Assembly: GCF_009834535.1 (NCBI RefSeq)
Contig: NC_045696.1
Coordinates: forward strand, 72,356,001-72,420,000
Direction: 5' to 3'
Source of the DNA: Camelus ferus
Lineage: Eukaryota
Length of the DNA stretch: 64,000 nt
Part shown: in pieces, positions 38,429-52,180 of the stretch
Numbering within the stretch: the stretch's first letter is position 1
Layout: the number at the start of each line of letters is the position of its first letter
Notes under the pieces: model-generated
Told to the model about the DNA's origin: nothing
Database searches by the model: none
The model's input: only the letters and a program-made list of their open reading frames with translations
Translations under genes and position numbers: made by a program

Positions 38429-40159
38429 TAGTTTTCAACTGTATGACTACAATGCAACTAGCTGCAGTTTTCTTTGTATTTATCTTGCTTGAGATTTACT
38501 GAAATTTTGGATCTCTCAGTTTATATTTTCCACTAAATTCGGGAAAGTTTTGGTGATATCTTCTTCCTTTTGTTCCCCCTCTATTCTTTCTGTGTACTCC
38601 ACAGGTCACTGAATGGCTGCTCACATTTTCCTCCCTCTTTTCTGATTGGATAATTTCTATTGATCTATCCTCAAGATTTTAGAGACTTGCTTCATTTTCC
38701 TTCAATAGTTTATGTGGTGAATTTAATGTAAAATGTTGTACTTTACCATTTTAGAATTTCCTCTTGGTTCCTTTTAATAGTTTCATATTTTTTGAGATTC
38801 CTCTCCATTTGTTCATTTATATTATGAATCATTTTTTAAAGTTCTTGAACATATTTTTAATAGCTTCTTTAAGTCCTTGCCTGCTTATTCCAGCATCTAG
38901 GTCAACTCTGAGTTAATTTCTGTTGACTACTTTTTTTTATTGGGTCATATTTTTCCTTCTTTGCACAGCTAGTGATTTTTTGACTCTGCTGGATATCGTG
39001 GCTGTAATATATTGTAAAGATTCTGAATTCTGTTACTTACTTCTGAAATGTCCTCATTTTTGTTCTAGTAGGCTGTTAACTCAGACTCCGCAATCTGTCT
39101 CCTCTGTGGTATGCTCTACTTACAGTCACCACTCAGTTCTTTTAGCCTTCCAACTGTCACCTCTCAGGCTCCTGGTGAGACATTTTAACTTTGTCCTTGT
39201 AGTTTCCTTCATTTATGTGCAGTTCAAGGTTAGCCAAAGACTCAGATAGAATTTAAATGCAGATTTTCTATTATATACATTTCTCTGATTCTCCAGTTTC
39301 TGATATTTGTCCCTTCACTTCCTCACTTTTTTAGCTGCTCTGGCAGCCCAAACTCCATTCTCTGGCTTCTTATGTCAGGAAGAATGAAACTTCCTACTTA
39401 CAAATTGTTGTGATGTGCTGTGTAAAACAGAAAATGACTATAAGAAGAGCTGTACAAGTGCAAATGTTGCCCAGCAAAGCTTCCTTTTATTGAGCCAGTT
39501 CTTTTCCAAAATGCCTGCCTTTTGTCAATCTTCAATGCATTAAACTTATTAAAAAATTTGTCTAGATTTTGTAATTGTTATCTGTGGGAGGGTTCATCTG
39601 GTATAATCTATTCTGTTATTACTGAAAACAGAACACAGCAATTAATTTTTACCACATCAGGGTTATAATATTTTCATTTTATTCTGTGGCCATATTTCCC
39701 CAGAGGCATAGTCTTTGTTATATATATAATTTATTAAATTTCACCATCATTTCTCTTACCATCTTATTTAATGATGATTTCTTTATTAGGGCTTCATATG
39801 GTATTATGAATGTTTTATTTCCTAAGCTCTTTCTTGTGTAATATATCTGGACTGTTGCCTTTCTAATTGAATGACAACATGATTGGATATAATATTCTTG
39901 GTCAAAGATACTCCCCACCCCTCAACTCTTTAGGGGAAAAAAGTTAAATTCAGTTATTGAATGATGTTGTATAGCTGTCAGAGTTCAGGCTAATATTTTT
40001 TCTATTTATAAGTGACTTAATTTTTCTGCCTAGATGAGATAAGAATTCTTTCTTCATCCTTTAAGTTGAATAACTTAGTCAGGTGGTTTTGTGTAAGTTT
40101 TTTGTGATATATGCTACACCCTTTTGATCTTCAGATTTAGTTCTTTCTTCATGTTAGTA

Positions 40160-40473
40160 CAGTTATCCCTTAGTATCCACAGGGGATTGGTTCCAGGACC
40201 CCCTGCAAATACCAAATCCACGAATCAAGTCCCTTATATAAAATGGTGTAGTATTTGCATATAATCTATGCATATTCTCCTGTATACTTTAAATCATCTC
40301 TAGATTACTTATAATACCCAATGCAATATAAATGCTATGTAAATAGTTATTGGTATGTGGCAAATTCAAGTTTTGCTTTTTGAAATTTTTTGGAGTTTTT
40401 TTCCCCAGAATATTTTCAATCTATGGCTGGTTGAATTCACAGACGCAGAATCCACAGATACAGAGGGCTGTTG
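40160..40473. mobile_element. MER2-family TcMar-Tigger non-autonomous DNA transposon
   Basis: TA dinucleotides on both flanks (40158-59, 40474-75); degenerate TIRs cagttatcccttagtatcc / gatacagagggctgttg; ggggattggttccaggacccc. Confidence 0.85.
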
Positions 40474-43400
40474 TATTCCTATATATTTCTGAATTTTTTT
40501 TTCCGTTTGTTTTTTCTGTTTCTGGTTCTCTGATACCAATTATCATTTTTTTGGTAAAGATTTTATCTCTCTTTCACATCTAACAGTTTCTTGTTTAATT
40601 GTTTTAATAGCTGTCTTTTTCCTTGTATATTTAAAATTATATATAATGTATTTTATATATATATATATATGAACATATATTTCCTTTTGTGTAATCATCT
40701 GAAGCCCTTCTTTGCAATTAAGTTTTTTTGCCATATATCTGCTGCTTCTAATTTATTTATTAGTCCTTCAGTGTTATTATTTTCCTTCTCAATTTGTTTG
40801 TCAAAACATCTTTTTTGCAATTAATTATGTTGTTTTACCCTTCCATTTTGAATACATATACTTTTAAGTTCCTTTATAGATAAATCAATCTTAGGCATTT
40901 TCTACTGTTGGATAGTATTTTCTGGGTTCATCAGGCTTTTGCCTCCTAGGATATTCAATACATTTGAAAAATTTTTCTTCTACTGTATGATTACAAAGTT
41001 GCTATATCTTTTCTTTTTAAGTTACTCAAGCTTAATGTGAGAAGCTCAGTCTATATCTTACATTTACTCTGTCCTTGACATTATTCTCCATTTCTTGGTC
41101 TTTCTCCTTTTTATCAGTGTGGGGATAAAGTGTTGTTTTCCATATACTTTCTTAAAGTCTGAAAGAGTATGGCTAGAGTGGGCTGAGTTCCCATGGTGCT
41201 GAGCATAGCCACTCCCTGGGGGCCCAGAGATCTGTTCTCTCTTTTGAGAACCCACTGAATCTTCTGTACCAGGACACACTCCATCTCGCCAAGGGTGTAT
41301 CATAGTCCCCCAAGCTTCAGCTTGTTCCCCCAACTTAGCACAGCACCCTGGGACATGGCATCTCAGGCTCTTAATCATGTTTAGTAGAGGTTCTGGGGCA
41401 TTGTAAGGTAGCTTTTAGGAGTTCTTCCATGGAATATCCCTGGGTGCTTTACTCATCCAAATATCCTTTGCTCCAAGAATACTGTTCAAAATCCTCAAGA
41501 TTTTGTTGACATACTTTGTTTCCTCAGTTCTGTTTTTAAAAGGTTAGAAAGTGTGGATACAAGTTTAGAAGCTGGGTTCTGATAAACCAGAATTTTTTAT
41601 TTCTTTTCCTGATTGCCATTTTTCTGAGTTTAGGTTATAAGGGTGAAATTCTTTTTGGGTTTGGTAGCTGTTGATGATTTTTTAAACTTTCTTTTAAACA
41701 ACTTCTTTTTTTTTCATTTAAGCTACTAGGTATTAGGGGGAGGGACATTTTATGATACTGACTTATTTGGCCATCTTTCACCAGATGTTTCCAGTAAGAG
41801 TTTATAAAGGTTTTTGTTCATGTCAATGCATGCAAATATTCGCTTAAATCATAATTATAATAGTAAGAGAAGCAGGAAAGACACAGTTATTACCACTACT
41901 ATAAATGTCATAACTATCTTGTAGGATCTCAAAGACAGCACACCACCACATAAATGTTTCTTGAAGTTTGGGTTTAATTGATTAAATTATTTTTTCCCCT
42001 ACATTAAATAACTGTCACTAAGAACAAGGTACATTTTAACAGATTTTCTTGATACTGTTTTAGGTGAATGAAGCTCCTAGGGGCAGAGGCTCTGCTGTAT
42101 TTGAGAGCACTAGTGTGGCGTGATGGGAAGGTGTGGCTATGGAGTCAAACTAACCAAGGTTCAAACCAATAAACATTCACAGGAAAACCATTCAAAAGGT
42201 TTTATTTGCCTTGCCTAGAAATACAAGGTTTCCTGGTGTTCTGAGCAGTTACATATCTACTGATGGCTAGGAGTAGGAATATTTCTTATAATCTCACTTC
42301 TGGAGAGGTACAATGAAACGTTTATGCTATTTTCTATCAAAGTTTAAATCCCATTAATAATAATAATAAAAAGCTACTATATGATAATGGAAAATATTTT
42401 TTATCCTTTACTTCATTTAATTAATTTCAAAGTGCTAAAGAATTTGAGTTCTCTGGTGGTGAGCCCTAAGGCTGAATGGGTATGTATTAAAAAAACAGGT
42501 AAGTAAATGAAATACAGCCAGTGGCAGTCCACCAACCACCATCAGTTACTATAATTCAGAAAATCCTGGAATAAAATTTGGTTTTATAGTCTACATAAAG
42601 AAAGGATTTGCCAAGATTAGCTGTTTAAAGCAATCAAGTAAAGAAACTAAGACAATTTAGAAGCACTTAGTTACTATAAATAATAAAGATATTAATAAAA
42701 TCCATTAATAAAGATATTAATGGATTAATTTTTTAGTGAAGATAAATAAACTGCAGTCTCTCTACCTGAGGCTCTCACAATATGGAAAACATCAGACTAA
42801 GCTCTCAAATGAGTACAAATTCTGCCTCTTTGATTTGTATCCTCAAAGTGCCAATGTAGCTATATACTTTTCTTGCAAATGGATAGGAATACACTATCAG
42901 ATGAGAAACAGCATTGGTTAAGAGACTCTTGAAACTTCAGGTATGTGAGGAACTTGCAAGTAATCATCTTAGATGCAGTGAACGAGTGCTGTTCCTGTTT
43001 TGGCTGTCTATACCAGGGCACTGAGAAAAACTATAGATGAGCTTAGTCTTTAGTGACCTGTGGAGAATGAAGGAAGCACTATAAGAGGAAAATATGATGT
43101 AATGATAATACAGTGACAAACTGGTAATTCAGGCATCAATCCCAGATGCAGATATGATTTGTGAACATACAGAAAAGAAAGCAGTGGGCTCACTAAGTCG
43201 TGTCAAGTAAGTTAAGTTTTATTTCTTTGACAGGGATACTAGCTTGGTAGCTCAGGAGATAGCATTAAACTCTTGGGTTTTTTTTTTCTAAACAAAATGG
43301 AGAAAGGCAAATAGGATGCTAGTTCCAGGAGATGTATTCATAACTGCCCAAGGAAATAACTGAACCCCAAAGAGGGCTAATTAATGGATCATTGATAATC

Positions 43401-43479
43401 TTGATGTACAGTTCTAGAGTCCTACCACATAGACTGTGCAGTGCCTACTATGTACCAGGCATGGTGCTCAATGTTAGAA

Positions 43480-43700
43480 TTAACAATGGATTACACATGC
43501 CAGCAACTATACTCAACACTTTATAGTCTTATGTGATTCTCACAATAACCTTATTAGATAGGCATCATTATCTCCATTTTATAGATGAGGAAACAGAAAC
43601 TCAGAGAACTTAATTAGCCTAATCAAAGTTGGCCACACAGCTACTAAGTGCCCAGATACAAACCTTGATCTGTTGACTCCTCTTTACTGCCTATTTTTAT
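43480..43700 (-). mobile_element. MIR SINE relic
   Basis: attctcacaataaccttattagataggcatcattatctccattttatagatgaggaaacag. Confidence 0.8.
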
Positions 43701-44124
43701 TTATGATTAGAACAAGAAAATTAATCAATAGTCATGTAAAATGAATGCAGAAGAGAGACGGACATGGGAACATGCTTAATGACAGAATTAGTATCCAAAA
43801 TAATTTTAATAGGCTGGAGCAAATTTAATCAGAGAACATTTAACAGAAATGCATGTGAGATCCTAAGCTTGGTTCTAAATGTCCAGCTTCACAGGGCAAT
43901 GTGGCTTAGCAGCTGCATAAGCTCAATGTGATTCAGTAGTGTGACATAGCTGCCCTAAAAGTGAATGGAAATGAATGGTACATTTGTAAAAATCTAGTAT
44001 TTCAAACAAGGATATAGCTTATTCTGTTTTACTAGGGAAACTCGGAGTAGCACACCTTCACAGGGACATAGATTTAATCAAACTTGTGAAAGGACCCAGT
44101 ATCATTTCTCTTTGATTCTTTTGA

Positions 44125-44876
44125 CTATTTTTTTTTCTTTATTGGAATATAGTTGATATATGATATTGTGTTAGTTTCAGGTATACTACATAGTAATTTG
44201 ACATTTGCATACATTATGAAATGATCACTACGTTAAGTCTGCTAACAATTGTTCTCATACAAAGTTATTAAAATATTACTGAACATATTCCTTATGCTGT
44301 ATATTACATCCTTTTGGCTTATTTATTTTATTAAAAGCTTTGTACCTCTTAATCTCCTTCACTTATTTTGTAACCCACCTTCCTGCTGGCCCCCTCCCCC
44401 CTGCAACAGCAGTTTGTTCTCTGTATCTATGATTCTATTTGTTTTGTTTGTTTTGTCTTTTAGATTCCACACGTAAGTGAGATCATATAGTATTTGTCTT
44501 TCTCTGCCTGACTCATTTCACTTAACATAATACCCTCTAGATCCATCCATGTTGTTGCAAATGGCAAGATTTCATTTTTTTAAATAGTTGAGTAATATTC
44601 CATTGTATATATACCACATTTTCTTTATCCATTCATCTATTGATGGACATTTAGGCTGCTTCCATATCTTGCTATTGTAGATAATGCTGCAATGAACACT
44701 GGGGTGCATTTATCTTTTCAAATTACTGTTTTTGTTTTCTCTGGGTAAATACCCAGAAATGAAATTGCTGGAGGATCATATGGCAGTTCTACTGTTAATT
44801 TTTTGAGGAACCTCCATACTGTTTTCCATAGTAACTACACCAATTTACAACCTCAACTATAGTGCATGAGTTCCCT
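44125..44876 (-). mobile_element. 5'-truncated L1 (L1MA-like) 3' end
   Basis: T-tail then attggaatatagttgatat...tagattccacacgtaagtgagatcata...gaggaacctccatactgttttccatag. Confidence 0.88.
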
Positions 44877-45430
44877 GACAAGTATTTTTTGAGTGCTTAC
44901 TATGTGCCAGACATTGTTAGGCAGTGAGGAAATGGCAGTTTACAAAACAGCCTGCTTATAGTTTACATTCTTACTAGAGAGAAAAAAAAAACAAAAACAA
45001 ATGAGAAAATAAATGTATACCATAGTGTCAGGTAGTGATAAATGCTGAAAGATATAAAGCAGTATAAGGGGGTAGAGAATAGGGTGCAGGCTATTTCAGA
45101 TAATTTGGTCAGGGAAGTATCTCTGAGGAACTGTCATTTGATCAGAAACTTGGAATAACTAATAAAGGCATCATACATTGAAGAAGAAAATTCCATGCAT
45201 AGGAAAAAGAAAGTACAAAACTGTGAGGTAGGAGTTTGCTTCATACGTTCCGGAAGGAACTCAAGGAAGCCACTGTGCTATGTTAGCAGACAATAATGCA
45301 GGAGGAACAGCAAGACTGGGCTGCCACAGAGGCTAAGTGAATAAAGCATTTCAAGAAGGACAGAGAAATCAACATGAGTAAGATGACAACAGAGAACTGG
45401 TCATCGGATTTGGGCATGTGTGACTTTGTT
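44877..45430 (-). mobile_element. L2 LINE 3' fragment
   Basis: tattttttgagtgcttactatgtgccagacattgttagg...ggtcagggaagtatctctgagga. Confidence 0.75.
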
Positions 45431-48400
45431 GTTCCTCATTAGAATTAACTGAAAGAGCCTGAAGACATCTAGTCTCATGAAGAAAAGTCTTAGAACAGTG
45501 TAATTACGTGGGCCATCTGAAGATCTCCTGAAATCAGATCTCTAGGGACATGGAGGCCTGGAATCTACATTTTTAGCTCTAGGAGTTTCTTCTTCACCTA
45601 AAGTTTGAAAAGAAGCTGACATGGAATATTTACAAAGTTGTTCTGTATCTCCACATGGGACTGATGAACAAGGCTGAAAGTAGACAAATTTCTACTATAT
45701 ATGAGATGGAACACTTAAATGCTGGCCACCTTAAAGAATGAGTTATTTATCACAGAATAAGTTCTCTTCCATTGAAGCAGAGACTGGATAACCACTTTTG
45801 TCGGGCATTACTTTGAGGGAATTTAAGCATTGTATGGAATAGGAAGACTGTTATACTAAGTAAACTTCAAATCCTGAGGTTTCATTATTCTGAAATGCAA
45901 ACAGCAAAAATCTTGGTCCAAATAGCCAGAGGAACACTGCCTCTGCCTAGCCTTTTCTATGTCTGATTTGACTTTGAAAATGTAGGAAAAACACCTTTCT
46001 ATTTTGTTGAGTCCCAGGATGAGGGTTGTCAAGTGACCATAAAGCAACATCTATTAATTAAAAGAAAAGGAGAGAATTAAAATCTTACTGAGTAGTGGCA
46101 AAAGAAAAAGATCTTAATAATTGAGAATGCCTTATATCAATGTTAGCAGGTTTCCATTACAACATGTGAGGAAAATCCTGAAAGTCAATTCCCTTGCTGT
46201 TATTGAATTTATTATTATCATTACTATTACTATTATTAGTAGTATTATTGAATTAGGACAAAAGCACAAAATCAGAACAGATATCTTGGATCTGTTAGTA
46301 AATGAGATGTTTCAAATTTTGTGTCACAGAATTATTGTGGTGGGTTTTTCTCTGGCCATAACATTTCCTGCGTGCAGCAGAGGCTGGGCTGTGGACCTTC
46401 CCATTTGTTGAAGCATATGCAGTATTGTTGAGCTCACCACACAGCTGTGGGGGGAAAACGTCACTAACCCTAAGGTTATAACCCCCCTTCTCTAAATTAC
46501 TGTTTACTGATGTGGGAGAAAAGGACTTCTGGCATAGTCCAATAATTATTCTTGGCACAGCTCAATAATTAATGAAGTGTTAAAAAGACACTGCTAAAGT
46601 TTGTGCATCTGCTATATAGAGTGTGAAAGTACAAGAAACTCACTTGCGTGGCCAAGTCAAAGACCCACATGGCCTGGCCCCTCCTCCCAGGAGAGGATCC
46701 AGTAGGAAGTGAGCACAAGCGAATGAATGACTTAGTGAAGGAGAGAAGGGGGACTCTTTAGTAAGCTGTTTCCACATTTCTGAGAATAGAGAAGCCTGAG
46801 GTAGTAGAGCTGTAATTTCTCAGATTTTTCTCCCCTGTGATTTATAGGTAGGTCCTTTAACTTGTGAAGAGAAATTTGTATGCAGAAACAATTGCTCTCC
46901 TCTCTCTATTGGTTATAATATAGTACTTTTAAAATCAGCAGTTTAAAATAATTTGATGATGGCAATGCAACAAGGACAGATAATTACTGCCACTAGGGTG
47001 GTATTTATCTCCTGAAGTTTTCAGAGGTTATAGGCTGGCATCTAGCCTAGTGAATAAGATATCAAGAGTGCTTTTTTAGCTGCAGAATTAACAAAGGGAG
47101 GAATAAATATTATTTTTCCCTCAAAGGACCCAGTTTGGAAAAAGCCCAAGGATTAACTCTTTGTGCCTCAGTCTGATTTCACAGTGTGTCACCTCTCACA
47201 TTTGTCCTCATCAATCACTGACATAGGACCAGGCCTCAGACAGGCCTATGGGCTTTCCCAGGAATCCCTGCTGCTTGGCTGGTGAGTCGGGTCCAGACCA
47301 AGGATTTCTGAAACACAGCTCAGGTACAAGCTGACTCTAGCTTCAGGCCAATTTCTTTAAGCAAAGGGTCTCCACTAATATGTGGAACAGAAAAGAATGT
47401 TGCGAGAATGGGCTGGTATTGTTTATTCACCTTCTTTCTCTGCCCTCCCCTCTCCCATCCTTGAGTAATTTAAGTTCTAAAAGGAAGACATAAGACAAGT
47501 TCTGTTTTATCAGCTCTACTCTGGTTTAGTTGATGATATATTGAATATTGTTTTCCTTCTTTTTTTCCGGAGTTGTGTATATACATTTCTTAAAGGTCAC
47601 AATTTCTCTGTGACAGATAAGGGGGAGTATAGGGCAAGGAGTAAACCCTAAGGAATTAAGGTGCAGGCTGCCCTATTTTTTGTCCCCTCTTCTTTAATAT
47701 GAAACTGGTTACAGGCATATTTTTTTAAACCTCTCAGCAGGAACTGCGAAGTTTTCGCGGTCATCACCTAGCAACAAAACCCAGCAAAACATTCGCAAAG
47801 CAGGTTTTGCAATGCAGCCATCACTGACTGGCAGAACTGACTTGTGGAAGGCTGAATTTGTAATGGAGGGGAATTGAATGCTTTCTTCTTTATTCAAGTA
47901 GAATGCTGAGATGTGCAGTCTGGATCCTGCTTGAACCAAATTAACGTACATTAAAGAATAAACCATAATGCCCATTGTGAATAGGAGGTTGGAAGGATTC
48001 AACAGAATTTGATGATGGGCCAGTTCTTATTGAAACTATTTAAATTGAACTTTTAAAGTAGTTGTTTTAAATAAAGCAATCTGAGATTGATATAACTGTC
48101 CCTTTATTAGATAAAATATTCTGAGGACCTTTGGGTAGTGTAAGAAACCTTAAGTCTATTGGGTAATAAGTTCAGAATTCAACTCAAGATTACTTAGCCT
48201 CTTCCTCGAAAATAATAGTAAAAATCTCCTTTCAGAAGGAGAGGAAATCTGCTTTGTCTGGCTTTGACTTCTACTCAGAGTTAGCAGCCAGGCATAATAT
48301 CTATTATCATTAAGAAAATATGCTACTCTGGAACCTGGTTATAATATTCATCTGAAGGTCCATGCTGTGGGTCTTTTTCCTTAGAAGTATAAGAATCTTA

Positions 48401-49149
48401 CAAGATCCTTTTGCTTTTGTTATGTACTTTAGAACAAAAAGATTGGATGCAAACACATCTTATTTCAGTTATTTTTTTTTTCTAGTAGTAAAATGTGGTA
48501 TATATGGAGTAGGTATATGTGGAGTAGTAGGTATATGTGGAGACTCAAGTATAGCAAGTCAACGATTTGATTTTTAATACTCAGATAGGGCCTTCTGAGT
48601 TCATATCTCTATTGATAATAGATGAGGTTTTCTGGCTCAGTACTTTAGGCAGACAGCAAAAGGATTTATTGAGTATGGCAGAATCCTCACTCTTCAGTGA
48701 GAATTCTACAAAGTTTGTTCCACATATGTACACCATGTGATGGAGGATTATATATTCTCACATAAGGCTTCAGCTCTTGATCACTGAGGAATTGATAAGA
48801 CTAGTAACTTACGGGAAAACTGTTGTGATCCCATTTAGAGACTCTCTTCCGTGTGTCCCATAGTCTGGTTGTTGCCCAGGATGCCAACTTGGCTTTCCGT
48901 CCATTATTGCTAATGATAGAATTGTTCTAAACATTTGCCCACATACTTGCAAATAATGGAGCTGTTAAGTACTGAGTCCTTTCCAGTTGATTTGTGTAAA
49001 AGGCTTTGCTTCTGTCCATTATGCTCTGTGAAATGTTGGCTGTCTGCTTTATTTGACTATCTCTTGTTAGACTGAACTTTTCTGTCTGCCACAATTAGCA
49101 TCTTCTGCAGCTATGGGAGCAATGTCCTAAATCCTTTACACAAAGCAAA

Positions 49150-49300
49150 GTATGGGCTGAAGACCAATGCATCAACATTACCTGGGGGCTTGTTATATAC
49201 ATAGAACCTCAGGCTCTGCCCAAGAACTACTGAACTAGAATTTGCAGTTTAACAAGTTACCCAGGTGATTCACATGCACACTGAAGTCTGAGGAAGATTG
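49150..49300. mobile_element. MER5-type DNA transposon relic
   Basis: ctactgaactagaatttgcagtttaacaagttacccaggtgattcacatgcacactgaagtctgag. Confidence 0.65.
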
Positions 49301-51479
49301 TAAATTTTTTTGATTCAAAGATTTGCTTCCTGCTGGGAGTGCTAGCTGAAAATGGATCTTCTTTTGACATTTCTTCTAAAACAGCATTAAACACTCCCCA
49401 CTCTCAACAGTACTGAGGTGAAATCAGAGGCTGAGCTGTACCAGCCACAAAGAGACATTAAGCAAAGATGTAGAGACTGCCCATGTGTTAACTGGTGTTC
49501 ACAGGACAACTCAGTGGTTCCACATGACCCAGTGGACTATCGGATAGTTTTCTCTACTCTATACATCTTACTGTTATCATTTAGGGAAAATTCTACATTT
49601 TGTCTTACATTGCAGTTATTTTTATATATGACAATTCTCCTAGATGAAAAACTTCTTGAGGGTATATATTTATATATTTAAATATAAGTACTCATATTTA
49701 TTCCCTTCACATCCCTAGCCCAGGGCTTTCATCATACTAGGAGCTCAACAAATGATGACTGCATTAAATTGGTAACATTTCCGGTAGATGTAGTATGTTT
49801 AAGAGGGTCACAACATCACTGTTTCTAGGGAAAATGAAAAGGAACTTGATAATGACCTAACACAAAGCACCGAGGGGACAGTGTGCCTTGGTGACTCTAG
49901 GCATTTGGGTCACATTCCAATTGCTATAGGCTGGTTGAACTTAATCCTATTACCAAATAGGCCAGGTCCTCAAGTCAGTTATGAAAAATAACATAATTTG
50001 GGGGCATCCTTTTAACTTTGGGCCTAGATATTCATCCAAAATGGTCCCAAGAAAGGAAGAATCCCCAAGAGTGGAGGAGATATTATATTAAGGGTTTTCA
50101 TGAATCTGTTAATCCTTCTAAGAGGTAAGAAATACCAAAGTTGCAACTTGGGAGTATGAGGGGAAAGGGTTTGCTACATGTGGAGAAGAATGACAATTTG
50201 GGAAAGAATTTTATTTGTGCTAGACATTGAAGAATATATTGTGCTTATTCAAATATTAGTTACCAAAAATATCTAGATCTTTCAGTAGAATTATTGATTG
50301 TAGAAAACTTCTAAAATTTAATCCAATTCAGATTTTCTAATTCCTGGTTTACCCAATAGATTATGCAGATGAAATGTTGACCTTTGGGGAGTATGAAATA
50401 GCCTATTTATATCTATATGAAGTTTTACAAAGTTTGTGAAGGGTAACACAACTCAGCCACAGTGCCCTCACATCCAGGTTTATGCAATATATTGGTAGTG
50501 GAAAAACTGGAAGTGAAAATTCTGTCATGCAATATTATGAACACACACTGGGGAAAAGAAACTAAGCATAAACAGGCAAATTGGTTTCACCTCAAGATAA
50601 AAAGCATGAGGTAAGATGACAATTAGAGGCTTATTCAAATTACTGCATACATTATCCTAAAAAAAGACAGATGACCAGATGAGAATTTTTATCCTGGTTT
50701 CACAGAAGTATAGGTTTCTTTTAAAGAAAGAGTTATAGTTACAAAAAGGAGTAGTTAATAAAGTGTAAAAGCTGCACTAGCTTCAGGGCACGAAATTTCA
50801 TTTATGGTTAAAGGCAAATTTGTCACTTAATTAGTAATTCTGACACAGGTAAAGGGGAAGACAGCTGCTTTTCCAGGCATTTTATGCCTCACTGGTCCCC
50901 AGTAACCAGATGGCATTGTTGTTGCTGATGGATGAACCAGAGAAGATGTGGGAGAGGATCCACCCCCCACCCCAACTCCTTGAAATAACAAACTTGGATT
51001 AGAAATCTCACAAGGAGTAGGCTTTCCTCTGTGGTTACCCAGCCAGGTTGCAGTGGGGAGTGGTATTGGAGCTGAACCAGAAACTGCGCCTTTTACCCCT
51101 ACAACATGTCTTGGGAGAACCTGAATTTTGTAGGTAAATGAGCAGCTGCACACATAGCCTTCTTTTGTTTAGAAAAACTCCCAATTATAGAATTATTCAA
51201 TAATATTACACGTTTTTAAAACTAAAAAAATTCCATCCATTTGTCTAGCATTTTAGAGTTTTTCCACTTGCTTTTTCATCTATTATTTTACAGAACCCTC
51301 ACATTAACTTTGTGGAGTAAGGCAGAATTGGGATTATTATTTCCATTTTTCTGATTGAGAAATCGAGGTTCAGAAAGGTAGATTTATTTCATCAAAGTCT
51401 GCAAAGCTAATTACAAACCTAGGACTAAAATCTAGCTTCTAGATTCCCACAATTAGTGCTTCCTCTAACTAATGCAGAC

Positions 51480-52180
51480 ACAAACAGGCAAAAATAGATG
51501 AAATGATTATCAATCTCACTAGCAATCAGGAAAATACAAATCAATATATCAAAATTTTTATCATCAATTTGGTAAAAAGTAAGAAATTTAATGTTCACTG
51601 TTTGCAAATATATAGAGAAACACACTGTTGGTATAAATAGACGCCATTTAGAAGATTTTCATATACTAACATAGCAATTCCACTTCTAGTAATCCATTCT
51701 ACAGAAAAACTCACATTTGTACATTAAGATGTATGTACAATAATGTTGATTGTTTATATTAATAAAAAACTGCAAACAACTTTAAAGCCCCTAATTTTAA
51801 AGCCCACTATTAAATAAATATGGCATATATATTATGAAATATGATACAATTATTTCAGAAAGGACAGAGATACATATACTGATATGCAAAAAATCCCAGA
51901 CACATTAGTAGATAAATAAAGCAAATTGCACAAAAACATATACCATTTATTTTTTAAAAAAAAAAACAGTATATGTGCATATGCATCTGCATAGAAAAAA
52001 GATTTGCGAGAGAACAGACCAAACTGAACATAGTGATTAACCGTAATGAGAAGAGTGATATTGTGGGATGGGCAGATAAAGAGGAAATTTTACACTTGGT
52101 CTCTATATTTCTATATTAGTAGACTCTTTTAAAAGAATCTGTTTACGCATTATTGTAAAATTAAAAATGTTTCAAAAGAA
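51480..52180 (+). mobile_element. Ancient L1ME-like 3' region
   Basis: aatctcactagcaatcaggaaaatacaaatcaa...agcaattccacttctagtaatccattctacagaaa...accaaactgaacatagtgatta. Confidence 0.7.

Larger units (their letters stand above)
34355..39640 (-). mobile_element. Long ancient antisense L1M (3' UTR fragment, ORF2, ORF1 and 5' region), fragmented
   Basis: Antisense ORF2-type blocks (cttgttcccggtcttagaggaaaggcatt; ttttcaaagaaccagcttttggttt; gttaaaatctccaacta) and ORF1-type tcagatgagaagtcag; may be more than one element. Confidence 0.7.
42950..45895 (+). mobile_element. CR1/L3 LINE relic split by MIR, L1, L2 and MER5 insertions
   Basis: RT-like ttatttctttgacagggatactagcttggtag; agctcaatgtgattcagtagtgtgacatagctgc; 3' end gaagcagagactggataaccac...cttcaaatcctgaggtttcattattct. 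Confidence 0.55.

Noticed and set aside
46988..47005. CTCF-like CCACTAGGGTGG
   Set aside because: Out of register with the consensus (lacks GGC at core positions 10-12)
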